From: Asterias rubens
Lineage: Eukaryota
Direction of reading: 5' to 3'
Length of the DNA: 64,000 nt
NCBI RefSeq assembly: GCF_902459465.1
Contig: NC_047064.1
Span: 22,568,001-22,632,000, forward strand
Under the pieces are notes generated by a model that saw only the letters and a program-made list of their open reading frames with translations, was not told where the DNA came from and searched no databases. How positions within the stretch are numbered: position 1 is the stretch's first letter; every line of letters begins with the position of its first letter. Of the stretch, positions 46,901 through 59,400 are shown piece after piece. The position numbers were made by a program, and so were the translations under genes.

Positions 46901-49900
46901 AGGAATTTCCTTCCTAACTCGACCGGAAAGGTTGTAAGATTATCTCAGTGTGATACTCAGGGTGGCAACGGTTGCCCCTTGAAATGTTACAGCGGAAATG
47001 TCTTATAAGAATGCCCTTTACCACAAGACAGTGGACACTATTGGCATGGAGGTGGACTTAAAATAATTATTAGCATAAAACCTTGGTAACGATTAATGGG
47101 GAGAGGTTGATAGTTTAAAACATTGTGTGAAACAGCTCCCTCTGAAGTAACGTAGTTTTCGAGAACGAAGTATTTTTCAACGAATTTGATTTCGAGACCT
47201 CAGATTTTTGAGGTCTCGAAATCAAGCATCTGAAAGCACACAACTTTGAGTGACAAGGGTGTTTTTCTGTCATATATCTCGCAACTTCGATGGCCGATTG
47301 ATCTCAAATTTGCACAGGTTTGTTATTTTATGCATATAGGTTGAGATACAGCAAGTGGGAAGACTGGTCTTTGACAATTACCAATAGAGTCCAGTAAGGA
47401 GAACCCGCCTTGGTGCCCGTGTCCTCTCAAACACAAAGCACAAGGCAGGCTCATGTAATCCATCAATTACCATATTAATTGGTTATTTGACCAGTCCCAG
47501 CGATCGTGTTTTAAGAGGCGACATACATCTCAAATTGAATACTCTGTCTGAAACCGGCAGTTTTTACAATGAATAGTTAATTTATTTTTCATTTATTCTT
47601 GCTGGCTATCTATATCAGTTTAACAATTATATATGTATATTACTGCTGGATACACCGTTTATACCGTTCAGTTTTGTTTTATGTAAAAAAAAATTAAACT
47701 CTGCATTTTAGCAGTTTAAAAAGAGTTTATGAATTCCATCTTGCCGTTTTTCATCTCAGACTTAATATTGACCTGGCCACTAAGGCTTCGTTACCAATAT
47801 AAAATATAATTTCCCCACCCCCAATATTTCCTTATATTTCCTTAAAAAAAAAACCAATAAATAATATTGTTTTCTTTTTTAGGCCTATTTATAATAATTT
47901 AATATAGAGAAACAACATTTGAAACTCCAATTGTTGTTACTGGTGCCTCACTGCACTAATTGTTTACTTAGCCAAGACTTTTGCTAAGAAGTATTTTCTG
48001 CTCATCAACTACACAAATGTAGCATGACATTGGGTCGTGTACATTGTTTTACAGGGGCACCCCCCCAACAAAAAATGGTTTTCTACAAAATTGTAAGCAT
48101 TCTTCATCTCTACCTACCACCCCTTTTTCAAATTTGTTACCTCGCAACTACCCCCCGCCCCCCTCAAAAAAACAAAAACATAATGCAATGTACATGTAGT
48201 AAAATACTGTAAAGACACACAATTGATGGTTTCAATAAAACAATTCTTCGAAAGACCCAGTGCACCATTGCCCCATTATTAAACACTAAGATTAAACCAT
48301 GGAGGTAGAAAGGGGAACAATAACTAGTGAATAGTTCACTTTATATAACACCCAAGCAGATCCTTGCCTTTTGATTGGAGGATTGTCCGTCACATGATAG
48401 CAAATAAAAGTACCATTGCACGCTGAGTCACTCACCGTGCTTTTTCGTTCCATCCGAAAAGTACCATTGCACGCTGGCACGCTGCCAGCGTGCAATGGTA
48501 CTTTTCGGATGGAACGAAAAAGCTGAGTAAAAACATCACTGCGTGCGCGTGTCTTTGGTAACGCAGCAGGTGTTACTGCAAGAAGGCATAGTAAAATTAC
48601 TAGCATTCGGCTTGTACAGTTGAAATTGTTTGTTTTGAAAGTTGTATCTTTCAATCAAAATGACAAAGTTCTACTTGGATGTTATATAAAACAAATAATG
48701 AATGTTTTTCATTCGTGCAATGGTGCGAATATGTTCATTCGTTGAAAGCTGGAATGTTCCATTCAACTCGGCTCCGCCTCGTTGAATAGAACATTCCATC
48801 TTTCAACTCATGAACATATTCGCACCATTGCACTCATAAACATTCATTATGTGTATACTATTTTTTAGGTGCCCAAAAGTGCCCCAATGGGATTAGGAAC
48901 GTAACTCTGAGAAAACAGATCTTAAAGAACAGAAAAGTTTGAAGATTCCAATCGGAAACAATATTTTTTAATTAAATTGATCGTGTCAAAACAAAATAAT
49001 TATTAAAATTTCAAAATATTGACGAGAAATGATCAATGAATAAATGACCATTGTAGGTCAAAGGCTGAATTGAATTTGAACTACACATTAATATTTGAAT
49101 AAATATGTTAAAAATATAAATAAATGGCACGAAAACCTACGACAAAATCACGGAACACCAAGAAAAAACGAACAATTATTATTAAATCGAAAATAGCATG
49201 GATTGCATATTCATTGTTAAAATGTGCCATCTACAAGTTGTCCTATGACGTTGTCGCAATGGATCGACTGTTTTCACTATTCGTAACAACTAAATGTTCG
49301 GACACCAAAATGTTTGCTTGAATATATTATTTGATGAATAAAAACGCGGTGATATCCTGTCGTCATGATATGTGGTGGATATCATCACGTTGATCCTGCT
49401 GTCCCGTGTGTATGGGATGGGATGAAAGGACAACAGTAGGCCCTTTACCATGTTTACCTTTTGTTCCCAATCACCCAAGAATCCTCACAGATCCCGTCCA
49501 AATCGCCGAATAAACTTCTACCTCTACCCATCACTCCTAAAAGGGCCGTCTAGACATGACCTCCCTGTTTACGTTTATGTTGGACGCGTCGATTAGAACC
49601 CACCCAACCACCAGGGGGACCAATGAGCCATTTATAAGGGACGCTTTCTATTCGATGATGGTTAGGCAATATTACGCAAGATGGCGGCCCATTGTTTGTA
49701 CACGTTATTGAACACAGCGGCCATTCAAGGCAAATCCTTAAGCCGACCATCCATGGAGCACGCCAGGCACAAGAAGAGAAAATTACGGGAAATTACGTAA
49801 TGAAACTTCTAAAATAGCATCCACTGTACCACACTTGCAAGACACAAGGACATAGAGAACATGTGCTCTAATGTTTACATCGGCATGGGAATCATTTTGG

Positions 49901-50376
49901 AGGCAGGTTTCGAGAGGGAAACATCGGGGACTAAACTTTTGGGTGTGTTTAGGAAACAACAACCGGGCAAGATTGGCGTTATGAAGGCTTCCTTGCGGGT
50001 CTAGTCTGTGGCGCACAAACCTACTCGATCTCTATTGCTGAAATACCAAATGATGGCAAAAAGTGAGGGCATTTACCTAAGGGAAGGGACTTGTTGCCAG
50101 GTTTCCAATCAACTGAAAGTTTTTTTGGCCACTCAAGTTTGATAGTATCCAAATAAAAGAGCTGTTTTGGAGTCACACCAAGTCTACTTCCTCATGAGAT
50201 GTGACCAGTTTTTCCCGTTTGGGGCGAAACAAGGCAGCGATATCTTCTTGATTTGACTTACCTGCAGAGGATCGTCGTGTGTTCCTGTTTGTAAATGAAC
50301 TGATTGGTGGTATAGTTTGAGCCTCCTGTGAATCACCAAACTGGGTAAAACTTCTGTAATCTGAATCCTCGCTCAT
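43985..50376 (-). CDS. PAR-subfamily bZIP transcription factor (ces-2/giant/HLF-like) with polyQ tracts, 4 coding exons, ~512 aa
   Basis: Exons (- strand): 50376-50262 (MSEDSDYRSF...RRSSA G|gtaagt), 46443-45838, 45615-45142, 44328-43985. All introns phase 1, GT-AG; 1539 nt. Basic-zipper [69 protein letters not shown] is PAR type. Exact orthologue not determined. Confidence 0.88.
48290..48850. mobile_element. Hairpin-terminated non-autonomous repeat (palindrome 48695-48850, loop cggctccgcc)
   Basis: ataatgaatgttt...cattcaactcggctccgcctcgttgaat...aaacattcattat is palindromic; further inverted blocks at 48410-48510. Confidence 0.6.
49792..49801. promoter_or_regulatory. Perfect PAR-bZIP/NFIL3 D-box (ATTACGTAAT) in intron 1 of the PAR-bZIP gene
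   Basis: Palindrome matches RTTAYGTAAY. Related sites ATTACGCAAG 49671-49680 and ATTACGTATT 50652-50661. Confidence 0.4.
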
Positions 50377-51016
50377 TTTCTGCTAAAGTCCTTGTCTTAG
50401 GGTAAAGTCAGCTCGAATTTACTACACGTATACCTTCCACCAACACATAAAGGGTTTTACATTTTCACATTGTCATTATGTTGTGTTCATTTATTGCGTG
50501 GGCTCTACTACGTGAGTCTCATAGGCTCGGACAATGTACGTATTATGCTGTGGTCACTACAAGGTCCGCACACAGTGCTTAGGCTCTGGAACCGGCTCAA
50601 ATCTGCATATGCATTGACCAGTACATACAACCGCGTGAGCGGGCAGTGCACATTACGTATTCATTAACCTAGATTATGCAAGACTTGTGAGGAAGGGATA
50701 GGGACACGGGCCGTGATGTCACCAGAATGCTTACATGGAGACGGAAGCCACAACAGCAAAATTAAACATGCCGAACTTTGACCCGTTTGGTCAGATGGTC
50801 AGTTGTGTTATGTCATGATTTTGGACATGGAGTTGTGCAGTGTTGAAGGACTCGGCAGACGTCGATTGAATATAATAATATTCAAATTAGCCGTCCAAGG
50901 ATTTCTCCGTAAACAGCTCATGATTAAAAGCTAGACACACCAAGGACGAAATACTCGGCTGATTTTGTCTCAGCGTTTGCTCTGTGGTGGTCAGTAGACT
51001 GAATAGCTACAGTTAA

Positions 51017-54000
51017 AGGGACACACCGGCTCACCGTTTACGCAATTTAAGGGTGTATAATCATAAATAATGTTTTATAGATGGTTGCTGTAAAAAAAAA
51101 ATCATCAAAATGTCACGTATTTAGCGAAAAATGATTTCAAAAACCCAAAGCGGTAAAAGGCCAGCGTATACTTGTTTCCAGCCGTTGCAACTGTGAAATA
51201 TTCGTGACATTGTCGCACAATGTTGTAAGTAGACTGGTGCTTTGTTTATAGCAACGTTTTACTATGACGCAGCATAAGGATCCAGTCTATCCATACAACC
51301 AGCATAAACGGATCAGACCAAGCTGAAGCTAGCCGCGAATTCTCGGCCGCGAAATGCCAGCCGCGAATTCTCAATTTACGGCCGAAAAGTCCAGCCGCTA
51401 ATTCGAGTCGCCGCGCCAGCCGCGCTTTTCCCGTTTCACGAAGCGACAACATTTCCTAAGTTGTTCACCCACACTTTAGCCACTGTTTCTTTAGTTTGGT
51501 AAATTCATGGCAATTTTGGGTATTGGTTTTGTAAAATTTCGTTCATTATAACAAAATTGAGGCCAAATTAGGGTAAGATAATTGATTGTTTTATGCTTTA
51601 TCTTTAATAGTAACGTAGTCGACTCTCTGCAGTTGTTTTGAAAAAGACAAACGTTAAACCAAAGTACCGTACGTAATTAACAAATAATTTAATCGTTAAG
51701 ACCATTTCATAACACATCTAAATATTCCGTTGAGCTAATTAGAACAACAAATTTGTTCCTAGTTTTACCATTTAATATATTGTGTGGGGTTTGTCTCTTT
51801 TGAAGGGAATTTTTACTAACTAAATCAACGTACTTAGTCACTTTAAACAAAATGTACCTCATAATTGACAAATAATTAATTTTGAGTGTTTGATCATCAA
51901 GACTATCTCATAACACATTAAAATATTCAGTTGCAGCTAATTACACCAACTAATTAGTTCTTAAATAAACCACTTTATATGTTGTGAGTTTTGTCTCATT
52001 TGAAGGGAATTTTTATCAAAAAAATAACGTAAGTAGTAACTTTAAAACAAAATGTACCTTATATAATTAACAAATTGTTAGTTTTTAGTATTGAATTATT
52101 AAGACCATTAATTTCATAACACATTGAAATATTCCGTTGCAGCTAACTAGACCATGTAATTAGTTCTTAAATAAAACAGTTTATAAGTGTTTGGTTTTGT
52201 CTCATTTGAAGGGAACTTTTAATCAAAGAAACAATGTAAGTAGTCACTTTTAAATAAAATGTACCTCACATAACTAACAAATTATTACTTTTTAGTGTTT
52301 AATCATTAAGACCATCACATAACACATCGAAATATTCCGTTGCAGCTAATTAGACCAACGAATTGGTGCCTAATTAAACCACTCTATATGTTGTGATTTT
52401 TGTCTCATTTGAAGGGAATTTTTAGACTAAAAAATAACTTAAGTAGTCACTTTAAAACAAAATGTACCTCACAGCATTAACAAATTATTACTTTTTAGTA
52501 TTTAATCATCAAGACCATCACATAACACATCGAAATATATCGTTGCAGCTAATTACACCATCTAATTGGTGCCTAATTAAACCACTTTATATGTTGTGGG
52601 TTTTGTCTCATTATGATTAATTTGTTGGTTTAATTAGCTTCAACGGAATATTTCGATGTGATATGAAATGGTCTTAATAATTAACCACTAAAATTAATTC
52701 TTTGTTAATTATGCGAGGTAAATTGCGTTTTAAAGTGACTACTTTTGCTATTAACAAAAAACACAAAATGAATGTAATTAGGAACTAATTAGTGGGCCTA
52801 GTAAAGCTGCAATGGAATATTAATTTAGTGTCTAAAGATTTAACACTAAATTTATTATCTGTGGATCATATTAGGTACATTTTGTTCAATGCAATGTTTA
52901 TTATTATTTTTTATTTTTAAAACAACTGATATTCAGAAAGTCGATATGTAACCATTAAAGTTTGATGGATCGACTGAAGCATTAAAAATTTCAATTATCT
53001 TAACCCAATTTGGCCTACATTTTGTTACCATGACCAAAATTTTGCAAAACCAACATTCAAAATTGCCATGATTTTACAAAATTTAAGAAATAGTGGCTTA
53101 TGTGTGTGAACAACTTAGGAAATCCTGTCGCTTCGTGAAACTACTTTGGTAATGAAATTCGCGGCTGGCGTGGCGGCTCGAATTAGCGGCTGGACTTTTC
53201 GGCCGTAAATTGAGAATTCGCGGCTGGCATTCGCGGCTGGGAATTCGCGGCTGAGAATTCGCGGCTATCTTCAGCTTGGTACGGATCAGGCAAATCCTTC
53301 GACGATGGAGGTAGACCTTCGTGCTTCGACGTACATCCAAAGATCGTCACGAAGAACACAAAGAAACTAACCCAGAATATGATTGGACAGGGACAAGTAA
53401 GTAACGCATCCCTGGCCCCAATAAACTAGACATACTACCGCACAGCCATGATGCAGTTTGGAATGCGATCGTGGCGTTATGTGCTCCCGACGTGCCAGGA
53501 CCCAATTTCATAAATGCCTTCATAGTGGCAAACAACTTGCATACCACAAAATAGTATTGCAAAGCTGAAACTGATTACCAGCCAAATTTTAATTAAATTT
53601 GAATACTTTTGGCTGGTGCCCGACTGAATTTTTAAACAGTAAAGAAAATTTGTAAGCATTATTTTCTGCTAAACAGATCAAACTGATCAATGGGCCCTGT
53701 TCACAGTGAAATATTTTTTTATCTTGGGGGGGTGGGGGGGGGGGGAGTGCATCTTGAGGGATTCAAAAGCGTCCTTGTGAGAATGTATTTTGAAACGTAA
53801 GCGTAGCTGCAAATCTTGAAACGTAAGCCTAGCTTGACTCGGGATTGAAAGCGTACCTTTTGATTATAGCGTAACTGGAACCTTAACATATCTTGGATTG
53901 TATAAGCGTAGCTGAGTAGCTGTGTATAGCTTTAAACGTAACCATTTCTTTTGGAACGTAACCATACTTTTTGGAACGTAAGCATATCTTGGTACGTAAG

Positions 54001-54406
54001 TGTAGCTAGGTTTTTTGGAACGTAAACGTAGCTGCGTATGAAACGTAAGCCTAGCTCGGGATTGAAAGCGTACCTTTGATTATAGCGTAACTGGAACCTA
54101 ATTGTATCTTGGATAAAGCGTAGCTGAGAAGCTGTGTAGCTTGGAACGTAACCATATTTTTTGGAACGTAACTATATTTTTTTTAAATGTAAGAATATAT
54201 TGGAACGTAAGCGTAGCTGGGTATTTTGGCACATAAACGTAGCTGCGTATGGAACGTAAGCGTAACTTGACTTAAAATGCTCAAAATAGGCCAAATTTGA
54301 TGATTTTTTTTGAAGGACTGTTCGTTTTCATTCCTGCAAGACCGTTGAAGTCATATCTTAAGTCTATTTTGTAGCCCAAATAGCCCAATTCGGCCGGTGT
54401 GTCCCT
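51017..54406. mobile_element. Kolobok-like non-autonomous DNA transposon (TTAA TSD, purine-purine termini)
   Basis: TTAA(51013-51016)|AGGGACACACCGGC ... GCCGGTGTGTCCCT|TTAA(54407-54410). Degenerate aacgtaagcgtagct repeats at 53790-54270. No coding capacity seen. Confidence 0.75.
51317..53280. mobile_element. Fold-back/Mutator-like element with 9-bp TSD nested inside the Kolobok-like element
   Basis: TIRs accaagctgaag(c)tagccgcgaattctc... / ...gagaattcgcggctatcttcagcttggt (~290 bp each, with GCCGCGAAT sub-repeats). TSD ACGGATCAG at 51308-51316 and 53281-53289. Internal ~200-bp AT-rich units: ~5 direct (51640-52610), then inverted (52610-52900). Confidence 0.85.
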
Positions 54407-56299
54407 TTAAGTTACGGTTGTTTTTATGGCATCACGAGGCGAGTCATAGGATTGAAGGTTTGTGGATCAATTTATTGCTCAGAGTTCGAGCATAGAAAGA
54501 CTCAGAGCATAGAGAAGGACAGTCGGCGCAGAGCATGGATGGAGGAAGGCCCGTGCACGACAGAGCTATATAGCTGCTTCTGCTGAAAGTTCACTGGAAG
54601 TTAACCAGCTGAGCTTTTAACCAGCTTGCCATTCCGAAGAACTGTTTTGACAATATCCCTTTATGGATAATGGTAAACTTTTGAGAGAATATGTCCCTGA
54701 TTGTTGGACAAAATCTCACTAGTTGCAAGATATGCACGTGGGTAAACTTGAGGCATTGGTTGCATAAGTTATTCAGTTTCCAGTATCACCATCTACTGCG
54801 AGATGCAGATTTGTTCTTGAGTACCTTGCTTGCTACATACGTAAAGTTCTAAAAAGAATTGTCCTGCATTGAAAGCTTGATGGAGTTATAAAAACCAGCC
54901 GGATATGAAGGGCCTAATACTACTGTTGGGGCAGTATAATAATTAATATTATTTTAACAAGACTGGTTTATCAAAATGTAGTAACTTTTTTTTGCGTAAA
55001 AGGTACACAGATAAGGATTTGTTGTCTGCGCTCTCATTCTGAGAAATAGTGTCATTTCAGGACTGTAATTTATTCTCCTGTTTAACTCATAGTTAAATTG
55101 TTGAATATTGCACCAATAAGTCAAACAGGACGGCTCGAATGCAAAAACAAGGAACGGGTTGGGGCATCAACAGCTGTTCTTTTATATGCTGTTTTGAGTA
55201 AAGTTATAAACTATTATATTTTGGCCCGGAGGTTCTGTTTTGGGACAGCCCTGACCCTCTGGTTACGAATATAGGGAGGGGTAATACGAAACACAGTTAT
55301 TGTTTTGTTTGACCTTACGTTGCCAGCCTTATTTTGATTGCTACGTGTAATTTATAATTATAAAATTAAAGCACACTATTTCGTCAATCATTCAAGAACT
55401 AAATCAACCCACTGTCGGAGATGTGCTCGCCGCAGTCAGGCCTCGTTATTATTTCTACCTCTGTTATTATCTAGCCTCTGCTTTGTGTCTCCCTAATGAA
55501 GAGGTAATTTTGGTCACTGAGGCCTGACCAACCTTAACAACGAGAATCGGTTCAATTCAGTTTCTTTCAACATAATAACTGTTATCTGCTATATTAATTG
55601 AAGGTACGGACACAATAATTCTACAAACTAATAACGACGACCGCTTAAATTGTTTTATTTTCTATTTAGTAGTGTATCTATTAATTAAAACTACTTTACG
55701 CGAAGTGAAATAATGAGAACGAGTCCAGCAACAACACGCAGTTCCTTGTAAGAATCAGTGGAAACTTGTTACCGATAATGCCGGGTGGTTCGGTGTCAAA
55801 GGGGAATTAATGTTGCTAGATTAAACAAATGATCCCTTTCAAAAAGTCATGCTGACAGTACACGATCAAAAACATGCTGAAACACCTCCTTGGTTAGGCC
55901 CGATGACCGAATTAATACTAATCCGGATCAGCACTAAGCCGGTAGAATATCTCTTTTATTTTACTCCGAGTTGCAGACAGATCATTTTGAGGGTACGTAC
56001 AAACACTTTCATACTATACCGGCAAATGCACAAAATACATGTACATGTATGTATATGTACAGTGTACATGTATACGCAATTGTTTGCGCATACTGATCGC
56101 AAGATAACGAGTTTTTTTTAATAATAACAATAGCAGCGACCACTCATCATTGGCGGCAATTGTGCACAATATCTTAAATGACAGCTTAACAACTTTCTGG
56201 AATCTATAGAAATAGTTTTGTATAACTTTAATTTATATTTTCGGGTCGAATCGGCTAATTATGATTTGCGTTGTCGTACTTTTTTAATATACATGTACA

Positions 56300-56334
<35 letters not shown>

Positions 56335-56484
56335 CTATATTTTAGGTAATACAGACTACACTTTGACCAAACTTAATATTTTTGTTCTACTACCCATTAA
56401 GATGGTTGACCAGCTTTCTGTTGGCTTTTACGAGAAAAGTTGTTATGCGGCCTAATAAAAATTGAAAAGTCATAATTATTTGCT

Positions 56485-59400
56485 TTAGATTACAACCTCG
56501 TACTTGACGCCACCAGGATGTTTGACCCCACGATTGAGGTTGTCATACTCATTCGGTTTGGATTGGATGACGCGGGTGGTCTCTGCGTAACGCGCGTCAT
56601 TTGAGATGTCAGTTGGTGGAGGGTGTTTCGCCTGCAACTGTCGATCATCTCTGGTCAGGTGACTGTAGTCATTTTGATCTCTAGATTGATAGGGATTGAT
56701 GCTGTAAACAGTCGTAGGTTGAAGGTGGCTGTAGCTTTCTTCAAAGCCCCCCACGTTGCAACCTGAAGAATCTCCAGTTGCGCTATCGGGCACGGCGTAG
56801 GTAGCGCCCCCAACGACGAAATGTTGGATAGGCATAGGTGAGCTTGACGTCACCATGTCACCTTCATCTGTTCGGGAAAATGATTGTAACATAATAATCG
56901 TACCCACAAACCCTATGTTGTTTTGTATTCTTTTGCACTGAGAAAAATTACCCCAAGACAGTAAACGAATGTGATAAAAGAACAACAAAAATCATGCTTT
57001 GTTTCAAACAGAACCCATTTTGCTTATTTTAAAAGCAGTCACTGTTTTATTGTAAAATGTAATGGAATTCCTGCTTTATACTTTTGACACTGCGTCATGT
57101 GTCGAATGAAAGTATGTGGACTTACTTACCTATGGGATTGGCATAGCACGGATTTTGGACTATCCCAGGATCATTCTTCACAAGTGTGGCCCTGCAAATT
57201 ACAAACACAAAGCCAACACAAAATTCGTAATTTTTATCTCCAAGTTAAAATTGTAAGTTTGTCGGTGCCATGCTCATCACGTGCGATTGTACAAGAATAG
57301 AACAGACACAATTGTAACAATTCAGAACGTAATTCGACACAAGAGGGCGCTTTTTGCAAAATAACTACAAGTAAACAGTACAAGGAGAGGCTGATTTGAA
57401 TTGTGTGGAATTTGACAAAATGCCATCACTATACTTGATTTTGTGGTTGACCGCGCACAATGCTATCAGTCGTTCCAATTACAACACCATGCTGCAGTGC
57501 ACTGGCCTGCAGTCACATGTCACTATTACAACACCATGCTGCAGTGCACTGGCCTGCAGTCACATGTCACTATTACAACACCATGCTGCAGTGCACTGGC
57601 CTGCAGTCACATGTCACTATTACAACACCATGCTGCAGTGCACTGGCCTGCAGTCACATGTCACTATTACAACACCATGCTGCAGTGCACTGGCCTGCAG
57701 TCACATGTCACTATTACAACACCATGCTGCAGTGCACTGGCCTGCAGTCACATGTCACTATTACAACACCATGCTGCAGTGCACTGGCCTGCAGTCACAT
57801 GTCACTATTACAACACCATGCTGCAGTGCACTGGCCTGCAGTCACATGTCACTATTACGCAAGGATAAAGACATACTTTCGTTTCAGAACCAGTGATTTC
57901 GTTGGATACAATGATGGCATTGGTAAACATGCAGTGACGTTCCTTTACATGTATACATATCCGTGCTTTGATTGGTCCAGAGTGAGATGTGAGTGCCCCT
58001 GACAGACTTCGCCTCAGTCCAATCAAAACAAAGTTTTCGGTCGTCTGCATTCTGCAGTGTCTGCTGTATTATACACAGTCAGATGGCTAGGAAATGGTAG
58101 ACATTGTTACACACACCTTGTTTGAGTGGATTGTTTCGATCTTCTTAGAAACAAAATAACGAAGACAAGAAGAGCAACAATGAGGGCGCTGGCAATGACG
58201 GCAACTACCACTGGACCAGCTGATGAGTTTGGTAAAGGGTAATTATCATTTGCAGTCACTTCCGAATTATCTTTGTCTACAAAAAGAAAAGTGGAGAGCA
58301 CTTTACAGTGCACTGTTTCTAGAACTCTCTTCTAACACAAACCCGATGTAGGTTTCTGCAAGAACAAAACGGTAATTTTGTTTCAATTAAAAGCTCTTTG
58401 TGTGCCTGGAGGAAGGATGTTACAAATAATGTACCTCTGCGTCAGCAATTAATGTGGACATTGTTAGTTCCAAGAACTGTGAAGTAAACGTTCTTTCGTT
58501 TTCTTCCATACATTATGGAGGAAGTTAAAATCCTGCATTGGAATAGGACAAAAAGTGTAACAATAATATCCTTTCCCAACCGTAGTCACAGGGTAAACTC
58601 TTCACTGAACGATTTCCCAAAACTTGTCGCCCCTCCAGGCTCCTTTTTGGGGATCAGCGGCAATTGCTTAATATAGATCTTAAAAAGTAAAACCATTTTT
58701 TTTTTTAATTATTAATTTTTTAAATATTTTCCACATTAAACTGTCCATAACTTGGTCGACATCTGACTCATTTTCACGTAGAGGGTGACATGGGTGTTCT
58801 GTTGTTACGGGTTAAAACACGCTAAGTGTGACTGAAAGAAGTTCGTCAAGCCTTAGGCCTACAGCCCATTCCAGGATCAAGACGACACTAATGGAAGGGG
58901 AACAAAAATCTTCAACCCCCGATATGCACCGATGAACCAGCGTGACGAGCTTTAATAGATTGACTCTAATCTGAATAAAAACACGCCTGTGCGTTTGCCT
59001 ACCTATGCAAGTCCCGTTGATCCTGTTGCATGTCTCAGTAGAGTTGTCACACGTGCATGGAGACTGACAACTCGGACCGAAACGGCCGTCGGGACATTCG
59101 GACGAACAGCTAATTATTAGAAAATACATTATAGAATGATTAAAATGGAGTAGGCCTACACCATGAAATAATTTGATGCATGCTGTGTGGAGCAATGCGA
59201 TAATTCTGATTCCAGCTCTCAAAGTTCTGGACTGGTTTTAAGTCATTAGCCAATACTGCCTTAAACTCAACCCGTCTTTCAGAGGTCACTACGTCATCAG
59301 CGGCTCAGTTCTATTACATCACTAGTCATATGTGTTAGGCCCGCATCCATCAGAGGTATTAACTCACTCAGAGGCGTACTTCATAGTCAGAGGTATAACC

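Noticed and set aside
50173-50261. C-terminal part of the 67-aa ORF 50173-50376 as a standalone gene
   Set aside because: A strong phase-1 donor (GCAG|GTAAGT) at 50261 joins this exon in frame to the bZIP exon at 46443, so the remainder is intron.
56300-56332. Long poly-A run as a retrocopy tail
   Set aside because: No target-site duplication or recognisable upstream body could be identified.
57396-58002. Three overlapping Cys/His-rich ORFs in all + frames
   Set aside because: A 47-bp unit lacking stops gives the same cyclic peptide in each frame. It is intronic to the receptor gene, with no independent coding evidence.
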